A stretch of DNA of 40,285 nucleotides, from NCBI GenBank assembly GCA_002366995.1, contig DFCM01000137.1, positions 1 through 40,285 on the forward strand, given 5' to 3'. Positions 33,036-40,285 of this stretch are shown here, piece after piece (position 1 is the first letter of the stretch; each line of letters opens with the position of its first letter). Under the pieces are notes generated by a model. That model worked only from the letters and a program-made list of their open reading frames with translations. It ran no database searches and had not been told where the DNA came from. Position numbers and translations under genes: made by a program. The stretch is from a bacterium UBP3_UBA3054. Its GTDB lineage: Bacteria; Auribacterota; UBA3054.

Positions 33036-34403
33036 GTGAACGATTATCAGAGAATGTGGGAGAAAGTCCTGGAGCTGGTGAAGCATTCCACCGATCCAAT
33101 GGTCTTTTCGGCTTTCTTCTCTTCTGTTGAACCTGTGAGTTTTGCGGACGGCCTCTTTTCTATTCGTACCAACAACGCTTTGACCGCGGAGTACGTGAAG
33201 AAGAACCTGGGTTCCTTCATCGAGGATAATCTCTCGAAGGAAGCGGGATCTTCTGTCACTTTGAAAGTTATCGTCAACGGCGAACCGGAAGAAGAGAGCG
33301 TCACAAGTCCGGCTCCGGAAGAAAAAGAAAGCGGCAATAAAGTTCTGCGCGCCCAGGAGCCCCCGAAACTGAACCGCAATTACGTTTTCTCCAATTTCAT
33401 AATCGGTCCTTCGAACCAGTACGCTCACGCTGCCGCTTACGACGTGGCCAACAATCCCGGAACTTCCTACAATCCGCTCTTCATCTACGGCGGCTCGGGA
33501 CTTGGCAAAACACACCTTATGCACGCGATCGGCAACGCCATCTACGAAAGGGACAACAGCAAAAGGATCCTCTACATTACTTGCGAGAACTTCTGCTCCG
33601 ATTTCCAGGCTTCCCTTTCCTTCAAGAACAACGTGCATCAGTTCAGGGAAAAATACCGCTCCAACTACGACGTTATTCTGATCGACGATGTGCAGCATCT
33701 CTCTTTGGTGAACCGCACTCAGGACGAGTTCTTCCAGCTCTTCGAGTATCTCTTCGCCAACAACTGCCAGATCGTCATGACCTGCGACAAATCTCCCAGG
33801 GAACTGAAGAACATCAGCGACAGGCTCATCACCCGTTTCGAGTGGGGCGTGGTCGCCGACATTCAGCCGCCTGATTTTGAGACGCGCCAGGCCATCATCA
33901 AGAAAAAATGCCAGGACCGCGGTTTCAAGATCGACGACGACGTCTGCTCTTTCCTCGCCGGCAAGATCCAGAATCATGTCAGGGAGATCGAAGGCGTGCT
34001 CACAAGGTTGAGGATCTACGCTTCCGTCCAGAACCAGCCTATTTCCATCAAGCTGGCAAAGGAATGCATGAAGGAATACGTTTCCGACCAGAACATTTCC
34101 CTGGACGTCATCAAGCGCGCTGTTGCCGCTTATTTTGACATAAGTATTTCCGACCTCACTTCCCACAGAAGACCGAAAAACATCGCGAAACCGAGGCAAT
34201 TGGCCATGTTCCTCTGCCGTTCCATGACCAACAGCTCTTTGAACGAGATAGCGGCTTCTTTCGGCGGCAAAGATCATACGACTGTTCTTTATGCCTGCAA
34301 GAAGATAGAGGAAACGAAAAACAGTGACGACGAACTTAATTTCCAAATAGACGCGTTGAAAAAGTACATTATGAAAAATCGTCGGGAAGAATCCGACAGA
34401 TAA
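33036..34403 (+). CDS. dnaA: Chromosomal replication initiator DnaA
   Basis: GTG start. Motifs are NPLFIYGGSGLGKTHLMHAIGN (Walker A), VILIDDVQ (Walker B), the sensor region, and the C-terminal DNA-binding domain RRPKNIAKPRQLAMFLCR...IAASFGGKDHTTVLYACKKI. Confidence 0.95.
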   Translation: MNDYQRMWEKVLELVKHSTDPMVFSAFFSSVEPVSFADGLFSIRTNNALTAEYVKKNLGSFIEDNLSKEAGSSVTLKVIVNGEPEEESVTSPAPEEKESGNKVLRAQEPPKLNRNYVFSNFIIGPSNQYAHAAAYDVANNPGTSYNPLFIYGGSGLGKTHLMHAIGNAIYERDNSKRILYITCENFCSDFQASLSFKNNVHQFREKYRSNYDVILIDDVQHLSLVNRTQDEFFQLFEYLFANNCQIVMTCDKSPRELKNISDRLITRFEWGVVADIQPPDFETRQAIIKKKCQDRGFKIDDDVCSFLAGKIQNHVREIEGVLTRLRIYASVQNQPISIKLAKECMKEYVSDQNISLDVIKRAVAAYFDISISDLTSHRRPKNIAKPRQLAMFLCRSMTNSSLNEIAASFGGKDHTTVLYACKKIEETKNSDDELNFQIDALKKYIMKNRREESDR

Positions 34404-34408
34404 AAAAG

Positions 34409-34437
34409 AGACCCTGAAAAACAGGGTCTTTTTTTTT
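34409..34437 (+). terminator. Rho-independent terminator after dnaA
   Basis: AGACCCTG, loop AAAAA, CAGGGTCT, followed by T8. Confidence 0.8.
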
Positions 34438-34794
34438 GACAGTTTCTTCACATGTTTTCCAATAGTTAAGAATGTATCCAATAAAGTGTGAATATTTTGC
34501 GAATAAAAAACGCTAGTTATCCACCTGTTGAAAAGAGGCCTTTTTTCCACCTTTCTACTAACATCTTCTTCAAAGCTTAAAAATGTATATCATATTTAAA
34601 AAAGCTAATTTATATAAAATTTACTCCCAACTCACAACCCATAATGATAATAATTCTTTAATAGATCAATAAATGATTTTTAATAGTTGTTTGTGTATGA
34701 ACGAGTAGGAATATAATTACACACAAGAAAAAGAAAGGGGAAATATGGTAAAATAACTTACCTTGAAAATTAACCTCAATACAAATTCAATCTT
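34438..34794. other. oriC, right (dnaA-dnaN) part: DnaA boxes plus a strongly AT-rich candidate DNA-unwinding element
   Basis: TTATCCACC (34517-34525), TTTTCCACC (34543-34551) and ATATTCACA (minus strand, 34486-34494). They are followed by about 230 nt of very AT-rich sequence (34560-34790) before dnaN. Confidence 0.6.
34517..34525 (+). promoter_or_regulatory. DnaA box (TTATCCACC, 1 mismatch)
   Basis: Read directly. A second, weaker direct copy lies 26 nt downstream. Confidence 0.6.
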
Positions 34795-35889
34795 ATGAAA
34801 TTCACTTGCGCCATCTCCGACCTGCGCGACGCCGTGCAGCTTCTGCAGCCTGTCTGTTCAAACAAACCGGCTTTCCCCATAGTAGCCAATATTCTGATCC
34901 GCGCGAAGGATAATTCCGTCGAACTTACCGGCACAGATCTTGACATCACTATAAAGACTTCCATCGAAGCTTCCGTTGAAAGCGAAGGCGAGACCACCGT
35001 TCCCGTCCGCTATATGAGAGACACTTTGATGAAGATCAAAAGCGTTGCCCAGATCAGCGTGGAAGTTGACGAAAACAACGTTATCAAAATAACGGCCGGC
35101 GAAAGGATCAAATGTAACCTGAGAGGCGTGGCCGCCGCTGATTTCCCCTCTTTCCCCGTACTTTCCGAGTGCGAATCCGTTTCCATTCCCGCCAAGGAAT
35201 TCTCGAAGATGCTCCGCTACACCGGCTACGCTATGAGCCACGACGAACAGCGCTACATCTTGAACGGCATCTGCTTCTCTTTCGGCGAACAGCTTGACGT
35301 TGTGGCGACCGACGGCAGAAGACTTGCGAAATACACCGTTTCCGAGATCAAGACCGAAAAAGCGAGCCAGATCATCATTCCCGTGAAAGCCATCAACATG
35401 ATGCAGCAGCTTCTGGTGGGCGACGATCCTGTTTCCATGCGCTTCTCTTCTTCGCAGGTCGAGATCATCGTCGGACGCAACACGCTGGTCGCTCGTCTCA
35501 TGGACGGCCATTATCCCGATTACAAACAGGTCCTGCCGAAGAACAAGACTTTCTCCCTGACTTTGAATTCCGGCGATTTCTCCAACGCGGTCGAACTCGC
35601 CTCCGTCGTCACCGACAAGAACAAACAGGGCGTCGTCAAGCTGAGCCTGGCTTCCGGAAAAATGAAAGTTTCCGCCCAGACGGCCGACATCGGTGAAAAC
35701 AGTTCCGAACTGGAGACCGAATACGCCGGCGAGCCGATGGACATTTCCTTCAACCCGACTTTCCTCCTCGACGTGTTCAGGAACATCGACGAGACGGAAG
35801 TGACGATGGACGTCATAAACCCCATCAGCCCGACCGTCATAAGAACTACGGACAACTTCATCAGCATCATCATGCCGATGCGCTTCTAG
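34795..35889 (+). CDS. dnaN: DNA polymerase III beta sliding clamp
   Basis: 364 aa with MKF.C....L...V......C.....P.L.NIL..A....VELTGTDLDI and a C-terminal PMRF-stop. The three-domain length is typical of DnaN, and the gene is adjacent to dnaA. Confidence 0.93.
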   Translation: MKFTCAISDLRDAVQLLQPVCSNKPAFPIVANILIRAKDNSVELTGTDLDITIKTSIEASVESEGETTVPVRYMRDTLMKIKSVAQISVEVDENNVIKITAGERIKCNLRGVAAADFPSFPVLSECESVSIPAKEFSKMLRYTGYAMSHDEQRYILNGICFSFGEQLDVVATDGRRLAKYTVSEIKTEKASQIIIPVKAINMMQQLLVGDDPVSMRFSSSQVEIIVGRNTLVARLMDGHYPDYKQVLPKNKTFSLTLNSGDFSNAVELASVVTDKNKQGVVKLSLASGKMKVSAQTADIGENSSELETEYAGEPMDISFNPTFLLDVFRNIDETEVTMDVINPISPTVIRTTDNFISIIMPMRF

Positions 35890-35915
35890 TTCAAAAAACC
35901 TTTTGACAAGCGAAT

Positions 35916-35941
35916 GAGAACCGCCGCAAGGCGGTTTTCTC
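35916..35941 (+). terminator. Probable rho-independent terminator after dnaN
   Basis: GAGAACCGCC, loop GCAA, GGCGGTT, followed by TTCTC. The stem has a small bulge. Confidence 0.5.
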
Positions 35942-35956
35942 ATCTATGAAGCCGAA

Positions 35957-36244
35957 ATGAAAAAACTGCCCTTCCAAAAGAGCGACGAACTGATAGACAG
36001 TTTCCTTGACAAGATCCTGGATTCCAAGAAGGGATTGCTTCTGAAAGTGAAAAACGTCTGGAGCGAGTGCGTTGGCAAAGACCTCTCCTTTCATACCGAA
36101 CCCGAGGAAGTTAACGGCGGGATCCTCTACGTCAAGGTCAAAAGCTCGCTTTGGAAAAAAGAGCTGAAGATGACCATGGGAAGGATGGTGGAAGAGAAGG
36201 TCAGGGCGGTTTTCCCGGAAATTAAAAAGATCGTCTGGCGATGA
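35957..36244 (+). CDS. DUF721-family protein (DciA-like candidate helicase loader)
   Basis: 95 aa. VKNVWSECVGKDLSFHTEPEEVNGGILYVKVKSSLWKKELKM fits the DUF721 pattern (W...vG..la.ht.p..l..g.L.v.v.ss.W..eL). It lies immediately after dnaN. Confidence 0.65.
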   Translation: MKKLPFQKSDELIDSFLDKILDSKKGLLLKVKNVWSECVGKDLSFHTEPEEVNGGILYVKVKSSLWKKELKMTMGRMVEEKVRAVFPEIKKIVWR

Positions 36245-36810
36245 TGAGATTGCTTTTTGCCTGTTTTGATTTTTTCAGGGACGAGGAAGTCTGCCTCTCG
36301 AAGGAGGCTTATGATCTTTTGTCAAAAAATAAGCAGGCCGCGGCGCGCCTGCTTCCGGTCTCCTGGGAAAAGATAGACGAAAGCGTGGAAGCTCTGATGA
36401 AGGAGGATTTCGAGGCGCTCGTCATCTTGGGAAACGGCCGGGGCGAGACGCACAAAATAGAAAAGCTTGCCGTGAACGCCCAGGGGACCAACATCCTCGA
36501 CAACAGCGGGGCGCGCTGCCAGGGGGACGCGATCTCAAAGGACGGCAAGGCGGCCTTTTTCTCGACCTGGAACGTCGAGGCTCTGAACGAAGAGATGCGA
36601 TCTTTGGGGCTTCCCTCCCAGATCTCCTATTTCTCCGGGCTTTTCCTTTGCAACGGCGCCTATTACCGCGCGCTGAGCCATGACTGCGGAAAGCTCGAAA
36701 GGCGGCCCGTCGTTCTTCTTCACCTCAGCCCCGAGCGGAACATAGCGTCCGATCTTCCCCTAATTTTAAAAGCGCTCGCATCTTCCTTGAACAGGACAAT
36801 CTTGCTATAA
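36241..36810 (+). CDS. pcp: Pyroglutamyl-peptidase I-like protein (peptidase C15 family), divergent N-terminus
   Basis: ALVILGNGRGETHKIEKLAVNAQGTNILDNSG...AAFFSTWNVEALNEEMRSLGLPSQISYFSGLFLCNGAYYRAL aligns by eye with the Pcp motifs (ERVAIN Glu, GTFVCN Cys). It has an ATGA overlap with the upstream gene. Confidence 0.55.
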   Translation: MMRLLFACFDFFRDEEVCLSKEAYDLLSKNKQAAARLLPVSWEKIDESVEALMKEDFEALVILGNGRGETHKIEKLAVNAQGTNILDNSGARCQGDAISKDGKAAFFSTWNVEALNEEMRSLGLPSQISYFSGLFLCNGAYYRALSHDCGKLERRPVVLLHLSPERNIASDLPLILKALASSLNRTILL

Positions 36811-36817
36811 TTAAGAT

Positions 36818-38380
36818 ATGTTGGATAAAAATTACGAAACGGACGTTCTCATAATCGGCTGCGGCGTCGGCGGAGCGGTCACCGCTCTGGCGGCCGCCGA
36901 CAACGGCTGCAAGGTCGTTATCCTCTCGAGGAAAGAGGGCGTCGAGGATACTTCCACGGTCCGGGCCCAGGGCGGCATCATCTATAAAGGCAAACTGCCG
37001 CCTGAGGAACTGGCCCGCGACATTCAGACCGCCGGCTGCGGACGCTGCTGGCAGGAAGCTGTCGACCATCTCACCAAGGTCGGCCCCGCTCTGGTCGACA
37101 AATGGTTGGTCCAGCGCTCGGGCGTCAAGTTCGACGAAGGCAAAGAGGGCTACGACATGACAAGGGAAGGCGGCCACGGCGAGCCGAGGATCGCGCACTG
37201 CCGCGACAAAACGGGCTACGACATCGCGCACTGTCTTTTCGACACGATCAAAAAGCATCCCAACATCACGATCCTCGAGAACGCGACCGCCATTGATCTT
37301 CTGACGACGACGCACCATTCCAGGAACCCGCAGGATCTCTACAAGCCGACCGAGTGCTTCGGAGCATACGTGCTTTTGAACAAGCCGCACGAGATCATAG
37401 AGATCTTCGCGAAGGAAACGGTCCTGGCGACAGGCGGCGTGGGCCGCATTTATCTGCACACGACGAACAACGAGAGCGCCCGCGGCGACGGCTACGCCAT
37501 GGCCTACCGCGCCGGCGCCAGACTCCTCAACATGGAGTTCGTGCAGTTCCACCCGACGACGCTGTACCTTGAGGGCGCGAAGAACTTCCTTATCACGGAA
37601 TCCCTGAGGGGCGAAGGCGCGGTTCTAAAAGACCGCCACGGCCGGACGTTCATGGAGCACTACCACGAGATGGCTTCCCTCGCTCCGAGGGACATCGTGG
37701 CCAGAGCCATCCATCACGAGATGTTAAAGGAACAGCAGAACTGCATGTACCTCGACATCTCCTTTAAGGATCCCGAATGGCTCAAAGAGCGCTTCCCGAC
37801 CATCTACCAGAACTGCCTGCAGTTCGGGATAGACATCACCAAGGAGCCGATCCCGATCGTTCCGGCCGCCCACTATTCCTGCGGCGGAGTATTGGTCGAC
37901 CTTATGGCGAGATCTTCTATTGACCGTCTCAGGGCGGTCGGCGAAGTCAGCTGCACCGGCATCCACGGCGCCAACAGGCTTGCTTCCACATCGCTTCTCG
38001 AAGCGGTAATCTGGGGCGCCTGCGCCGGCGAGGACATAGCGAAACGCGTGGCGGAAAAGAAAAACTGGGCCTTCCCCGTCATCGATCACTGGAAAGAGGA
38101 AAGGGAACCGGTCGAGCCCGCTATGCTCAAGCAGGACTGGATGACGATCAGGCAGACGATGTGGAACTACGTCGGTTTGGTGAGAAGCCCGAAGAGGCTG
38201 CACCGCGCCAAGCTGATACTTAGAGAACTGCAGAACGAAACGGAGACCTTCTACCGCAGGGCGGCCCTGACGGACGCGATAATCGGCCTCAGGAACGGAC
38301 TCCAGGCCGCCATGATCGTCCTTTACTCCGCTATTCTGAACCCCAAGAGCAGCGGCTGCCACTACATTGAAAACGATTAA
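36818..38380 (+). CDS. nadB: L-aspartate oxidase
   Basis: The FAD-binding N-terminus is DVLIIGCGVGGAVTALAAADNG. Further motifs are AQGGI, VQFHPTT, HYSCGGV and AVGEVSCTGIHGANRLASTSLLEAVIWG. Confidence 0.9.
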   Translation: MLDKNYETDVLIIGCGVGGAVTALAAADNGCKVVILSRKEGVEDTSTVRAQGGIIYKGKLPPEELARDIQTAGCGRCWQEAVDHLTKVGPALVDKWLVQRSGVKFDEGKEGYDMTREGGHGEPRIAHCRDKTGYDIAHCLFDTIKKHPNITILENATAIDLLTTTHHSRNPQDLYKPTECFGAYVLLNKPHEIIEIFAKETVLATGGVGRIYLHTTNNESARGDGYAMAYRAGARLLNMEFVQFHPTTLYLEGAKNFLITESLRGEGAVLKDRHGRTFMEHYHEMASLAPRDIVARAIHHEMLKEQQNCMYLDISFKDPEWLKERFPTIYQNCLQFGIDITKEPIPIVPAAHYSCGGVLVDLMARSSIDRLRAVGEVSCTGIHGANRLASTSLLEAVIWGACAGEDIAKRVAEKKNWAFPVIDHWKEEREPVEPAMLKQDWMTIRQTMWNYVGLVRSPKRLHRAKLILRELQNETETFYRRAALTDAIIGLRNGLQAAMIVLYSAILNPKSSGCHYIEND

Positions 38381-38404
38381 CCAACCAAACATTGGACAGA
38401 AATT

Positions 38405-39556
38405 ATGCACTACCAGATCGCGCCTCACGGCAATGAATTGATCAATCGCGTCCTCACAGGGGCGCGGCGGGATTTTTGGCAGGAAAAAGCGGAATCACTT
38501 CCGAGCATAACGCTTGACAAGCGCAAAGTCTACGACGTGATGATGATCGCGGACGGCGCCTACAGCCCCTTGGAGGGCTTCATGGGGTCTGAGGACTACA
38601 CCAGCGTTTTGAACAAGATGCGCCTGCCCAACGGCCTGCCCTGGCCCATCCCCATTGTCCTGGGCGTTCACCCCGACAGAGCCGACGAGTTCGACGTTTT
38701 CGGACACATCGCCCTGAAAGACAAGACCGGCCTGACCCTTGCCATTCTCCACCTGACGGAGAAATTCAAAGTCAACAAGGATCTCGAGCTGGCGAAAATT
38801 TACCGCACGACCAACCCCGAGCATCCGAGCGTCAAATACCTCCTGGAGGAAAGGGGCGACGTGCTTTTAGCCGGGCCCATAGACGTCATCAACCGTCCCG
38901 CCGAGGACGTCCTTGACACGCACCTTATGACGCCGGCCCAGACGAGAAGGATCTTCAAGGAACGCGGCTGGAGCCGCGTCGTCGGTTTCCAAACGCACAA
39001 CCCCATTCTGAGAAGCCACGAGTATATGATCAAAACGGCCCTGGAGCTCTGCGACGGACTGTTCCTCCATCCTCTGCGCACCACTCCGCACGAGAACGCG
39101 GTCCCGGCCGACATCAGAATGAAGTGCTACGAGACCTTCATCGAGAATTATCTGCCCGAAGAAAGAGTGCAGCTGGCGGTCTTCCCGACCACCCAGCGCT
39201 TCGCGGGCCCGAGGGAAACGGTCCTGCACGCCATCGTTCACAAGAACTACGGCTGCTCGCATTTCATCGTCGGCTACGACCACGCCGGCTGGAAGGATTA
39301 CTACAACGACATCGACACGACCAGGATCTTCAGGAACTTCGGTCCGATGGAACTAGGCATCCAGCCGATGTTCTTCGACAAGGTCGTCTACTGCAAGAAA
39401 TGCCGCGCCATGGTCACGGCCAAGACCTGCCCGCACGGAAGCGCCGACTACGTGAGCCTGACCTGCACGGAAGTGAGGGAAATGCGCCAGAAAGGCATGC
39501 CGGTCCCTGAGGAATTCATTCGCCCCGAGATCGCGGAACTTCTGCAGATAAAATAA
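38405..39556 (+). CDS. sat: Sulfate adenylyltransferase (ATP sulfurylase) homolog with substituted catalytic motifs and a retained Zn site
   Basis: It is collinear with bacterial Sat as I remember it (GFQT.NP....HEY...ALE..DGLFL.PL...PAD.RM..YE...NY.P..RV.L.VFP...R.AGPRE...HA...KN.GC.HFIVG.DHAG). However, it reads QTHNPILRSH, TTPHEN and GYDHAG where the canonical motifs are QTRNPxHRAH, GxTKxxD and GRDHAG. The C-x2-C-x8-C-x-H motif (YCKKCRAMVTAKTCPH) is present. Confidence 0.7.
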   Translation: MHYQIAPHGNELINRVLTGARRDFWQEKAESLPSITLDKRKVYDVMMIADGAYSPLEGFMGSEDYTSVLNKMRLPNGLPWPIPIVLGVHPDRADEFDVFGHIALKDKTGLTLAILHLTEKFKVNKDLELAKIYRTTNPEHPSVKYLLEERGDVLLAGPIDVINRPAEDVLDTHLMTPAQTRRIFKERGWSRVVGFQTHNPILRSHEYMIKTALELCDGLFLHPLRTTPHENAVPADIRMKCYETFIENYLPEERVQLAVFPTTQRFAGPRETVLHAIVHKNYGCSHFIVGYDHAGWKDYYNDIDTTRIFRNFGPMELGIQPMFFDKVVYCKKCRAMVTAKTCPHGSADYVSLTCTEVREMRQKGMPVPEEFIRPEIAELLQIK

Positions 39557-40285
39557 ATGCCAAAGGTCTACACTCACGCGCTAGGCTGCAAGATCAGCTA
39601 TTGTGACAATCGGGAAGCGGAGGAGCTGCTTTGCGCGAGAGGCTGGACTTTGACAAAAAACGCCAAGGAGGCTGATCTTTTTCTCCTGACCGCCTGCACG
39701 GTGACGCAAAAAGCGGACGCCGATCTAAGAAAGCTGGCGCGCCAGTTGAAAAAGCAGAATCCCGGCGCTGATCTTTGGATCTACGGCTGCTGGGCCAACG
39801 TCGCGGAAAAGCACGAGCCTTTCCCGGAGCCGGCCCTTGTCATCAAGGGGAAAGCGGAGCTTGAGGAAGCGATAGCAAAACTTTCCTGCGACACGCCTAA
39901 GGAAACCTCGCTGGAAAGGAACAGGCTTTTCGTCAAGGTCCAGGACGGCTGCGACCGTTTCTGCGCCTACTGCATCGTGCCCTTCGCCAGAGGCGTTCCC
40001 AAGAGTATGCCCTACTCCGAGATCCTCTCCCGCGTAAAAAAAGCGCGCGAAGAAGGTATCAAGGAATGCGTGCTCTCCGGGATCCACATCGCCTCCTGGA
40101 AAGAGGACGGCAAGGATATTGCCGACCTTTGCGCCGCTCTGCTCGCTGACACCGACCTACCGAGGCTCAGGGTAAGCTCCCTCGACGTGACGGGCGCCTC
40201 AGAAAAGCTGAGAAAGCTCATGATAGAGGAACCAAGGCTCATGCCGCACCTGCACATTCCCCTGCAGTCCGGCAGCGACCGCGTC
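39557..40285 (+). CDS. mtaB: MiaB/MtaB-family radical-SAM methylthiotransferase (5' part; runs off the window end)
   Basis: This ORF is not in the track because it has no stop inside the window. The ATG at 39557 directly follows the sat TAA. My translation is MPKVYTHALGCKISYCDN...LLTACTVT...IYGCWAN (the three N-domain Cys), VQDGCDRFCAYCIVPFARG (CxxxCxxC radical-SAM motif) and HIPLQSGSDRV. Confidence 0.8.
   Translation, partial: MPKVYTHALGCKISYCDNREAEELLCARGWTLTKNAKEADLFLLTACTVTQKADADLRKLARQLKKQNPGADLWIYGCWANVAEKHEPFPEPALVIKGKAELEEAIAKLSCDTPKETSLERNRLFVKVQDGCDRFCAYCIVPFARGVPKSMPYSEILSRVKKAREEGIKECVLSGIHIASWKEDGKDIADLCAALLADTDLPRLRVSSLDVTGASEKLRKLMIEEPRLMPHLHIPLQSGSDRV

Noticed and set aside
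35903-35908. TTGACA hexamer after dnaN as a promoter for the DUF721 gene
   Set aside because: No acceptable -10 element lies 16-18 nt downstream, because that position falls inside the terminator hairpin.
32997-35943. Minus-strand ORFs of 517 aa (32997-34550) and 361 aa (34858-35943)
   Set aside because: They lie antisense to dnaA and dnaN respectively. No motifs are present, and the real genes are unambiguous.
1-40285. Search for known defence, toxin-antitoxin, retron, restriction-modification or secretion-system signatures
   Set aside because: None of the translated ORFs shows nuclease, methyltransferase, reverse transcriptase, Cas, TIR/SIR2 or toxin-type motifs that I can recognise. Apart from the left-edge recombinase fragment, the window is core chromosome around oriC.

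Overview
This is a dense bacterial chromosomal window, GC-rich by eye, with about 40 genes and almost no non-coding DNA. It spans the replication origin. dnaA (33036-34403) and dnaN (34795-35889) are flanked by two AT-rich, DnaA-box-bearing intergenic regions. Gene orientation flips there: almost everything left of 32.4 kb is on the minus strand and everything right of 33.0 kb is on the plus strand. The gene content includes three PEP-CTERM-type sorting motifs, FGE/SUMF1-domain proteins, Gfo/Idh/MocA plus ThuA sugar-oxidation genes and a GH2 beta-galactosidase. This suggests a PVC-group organism (Lentisphaerota, Verrucomicrobiota or Kiritimatiellota-like), which is inference only. I found no CRISPR array, rRNA, transposase or recognisable defence or toxin-antitoxin module. 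Five items are most worth a second look. (1) A six-gene, start/stop-overlapping operon (13095-19003) encodes two TPR-type proteins, ExbB and two ExbD paralogs; the tonB position holds a protein with a TonB/TolA-like Ser-x3-His membrane anchor fused to a vWA (MIDAS) domain instead of a TonB C-terminal domain. (2) Two tandem FGE-domain paralogs (10-1385 and 1644-3377) each carry a complete PEP-CTERM sorting motif in the middle of the polypeptide, followed directly by a second signal-peptide-like helix. (3) The left edge looks like the end of a serine-recombinase-bearing element that has truncated the first FGE paralog, which also has a homopolymer frameshift at its start. (4) An ATP-sulfurylase homolog (38405-39556) has all the catalytic motifs I remember substituted while its zinc site is kept, and it abuts a MiaB/MtaB-type radical-SAM gene. 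(5) A long imperfect hairpin of about 97 nt (1523-1619) lies between the FGE paralogs. All functional calls come from reading the translated ORFs and recognising motifs; no database search was run.
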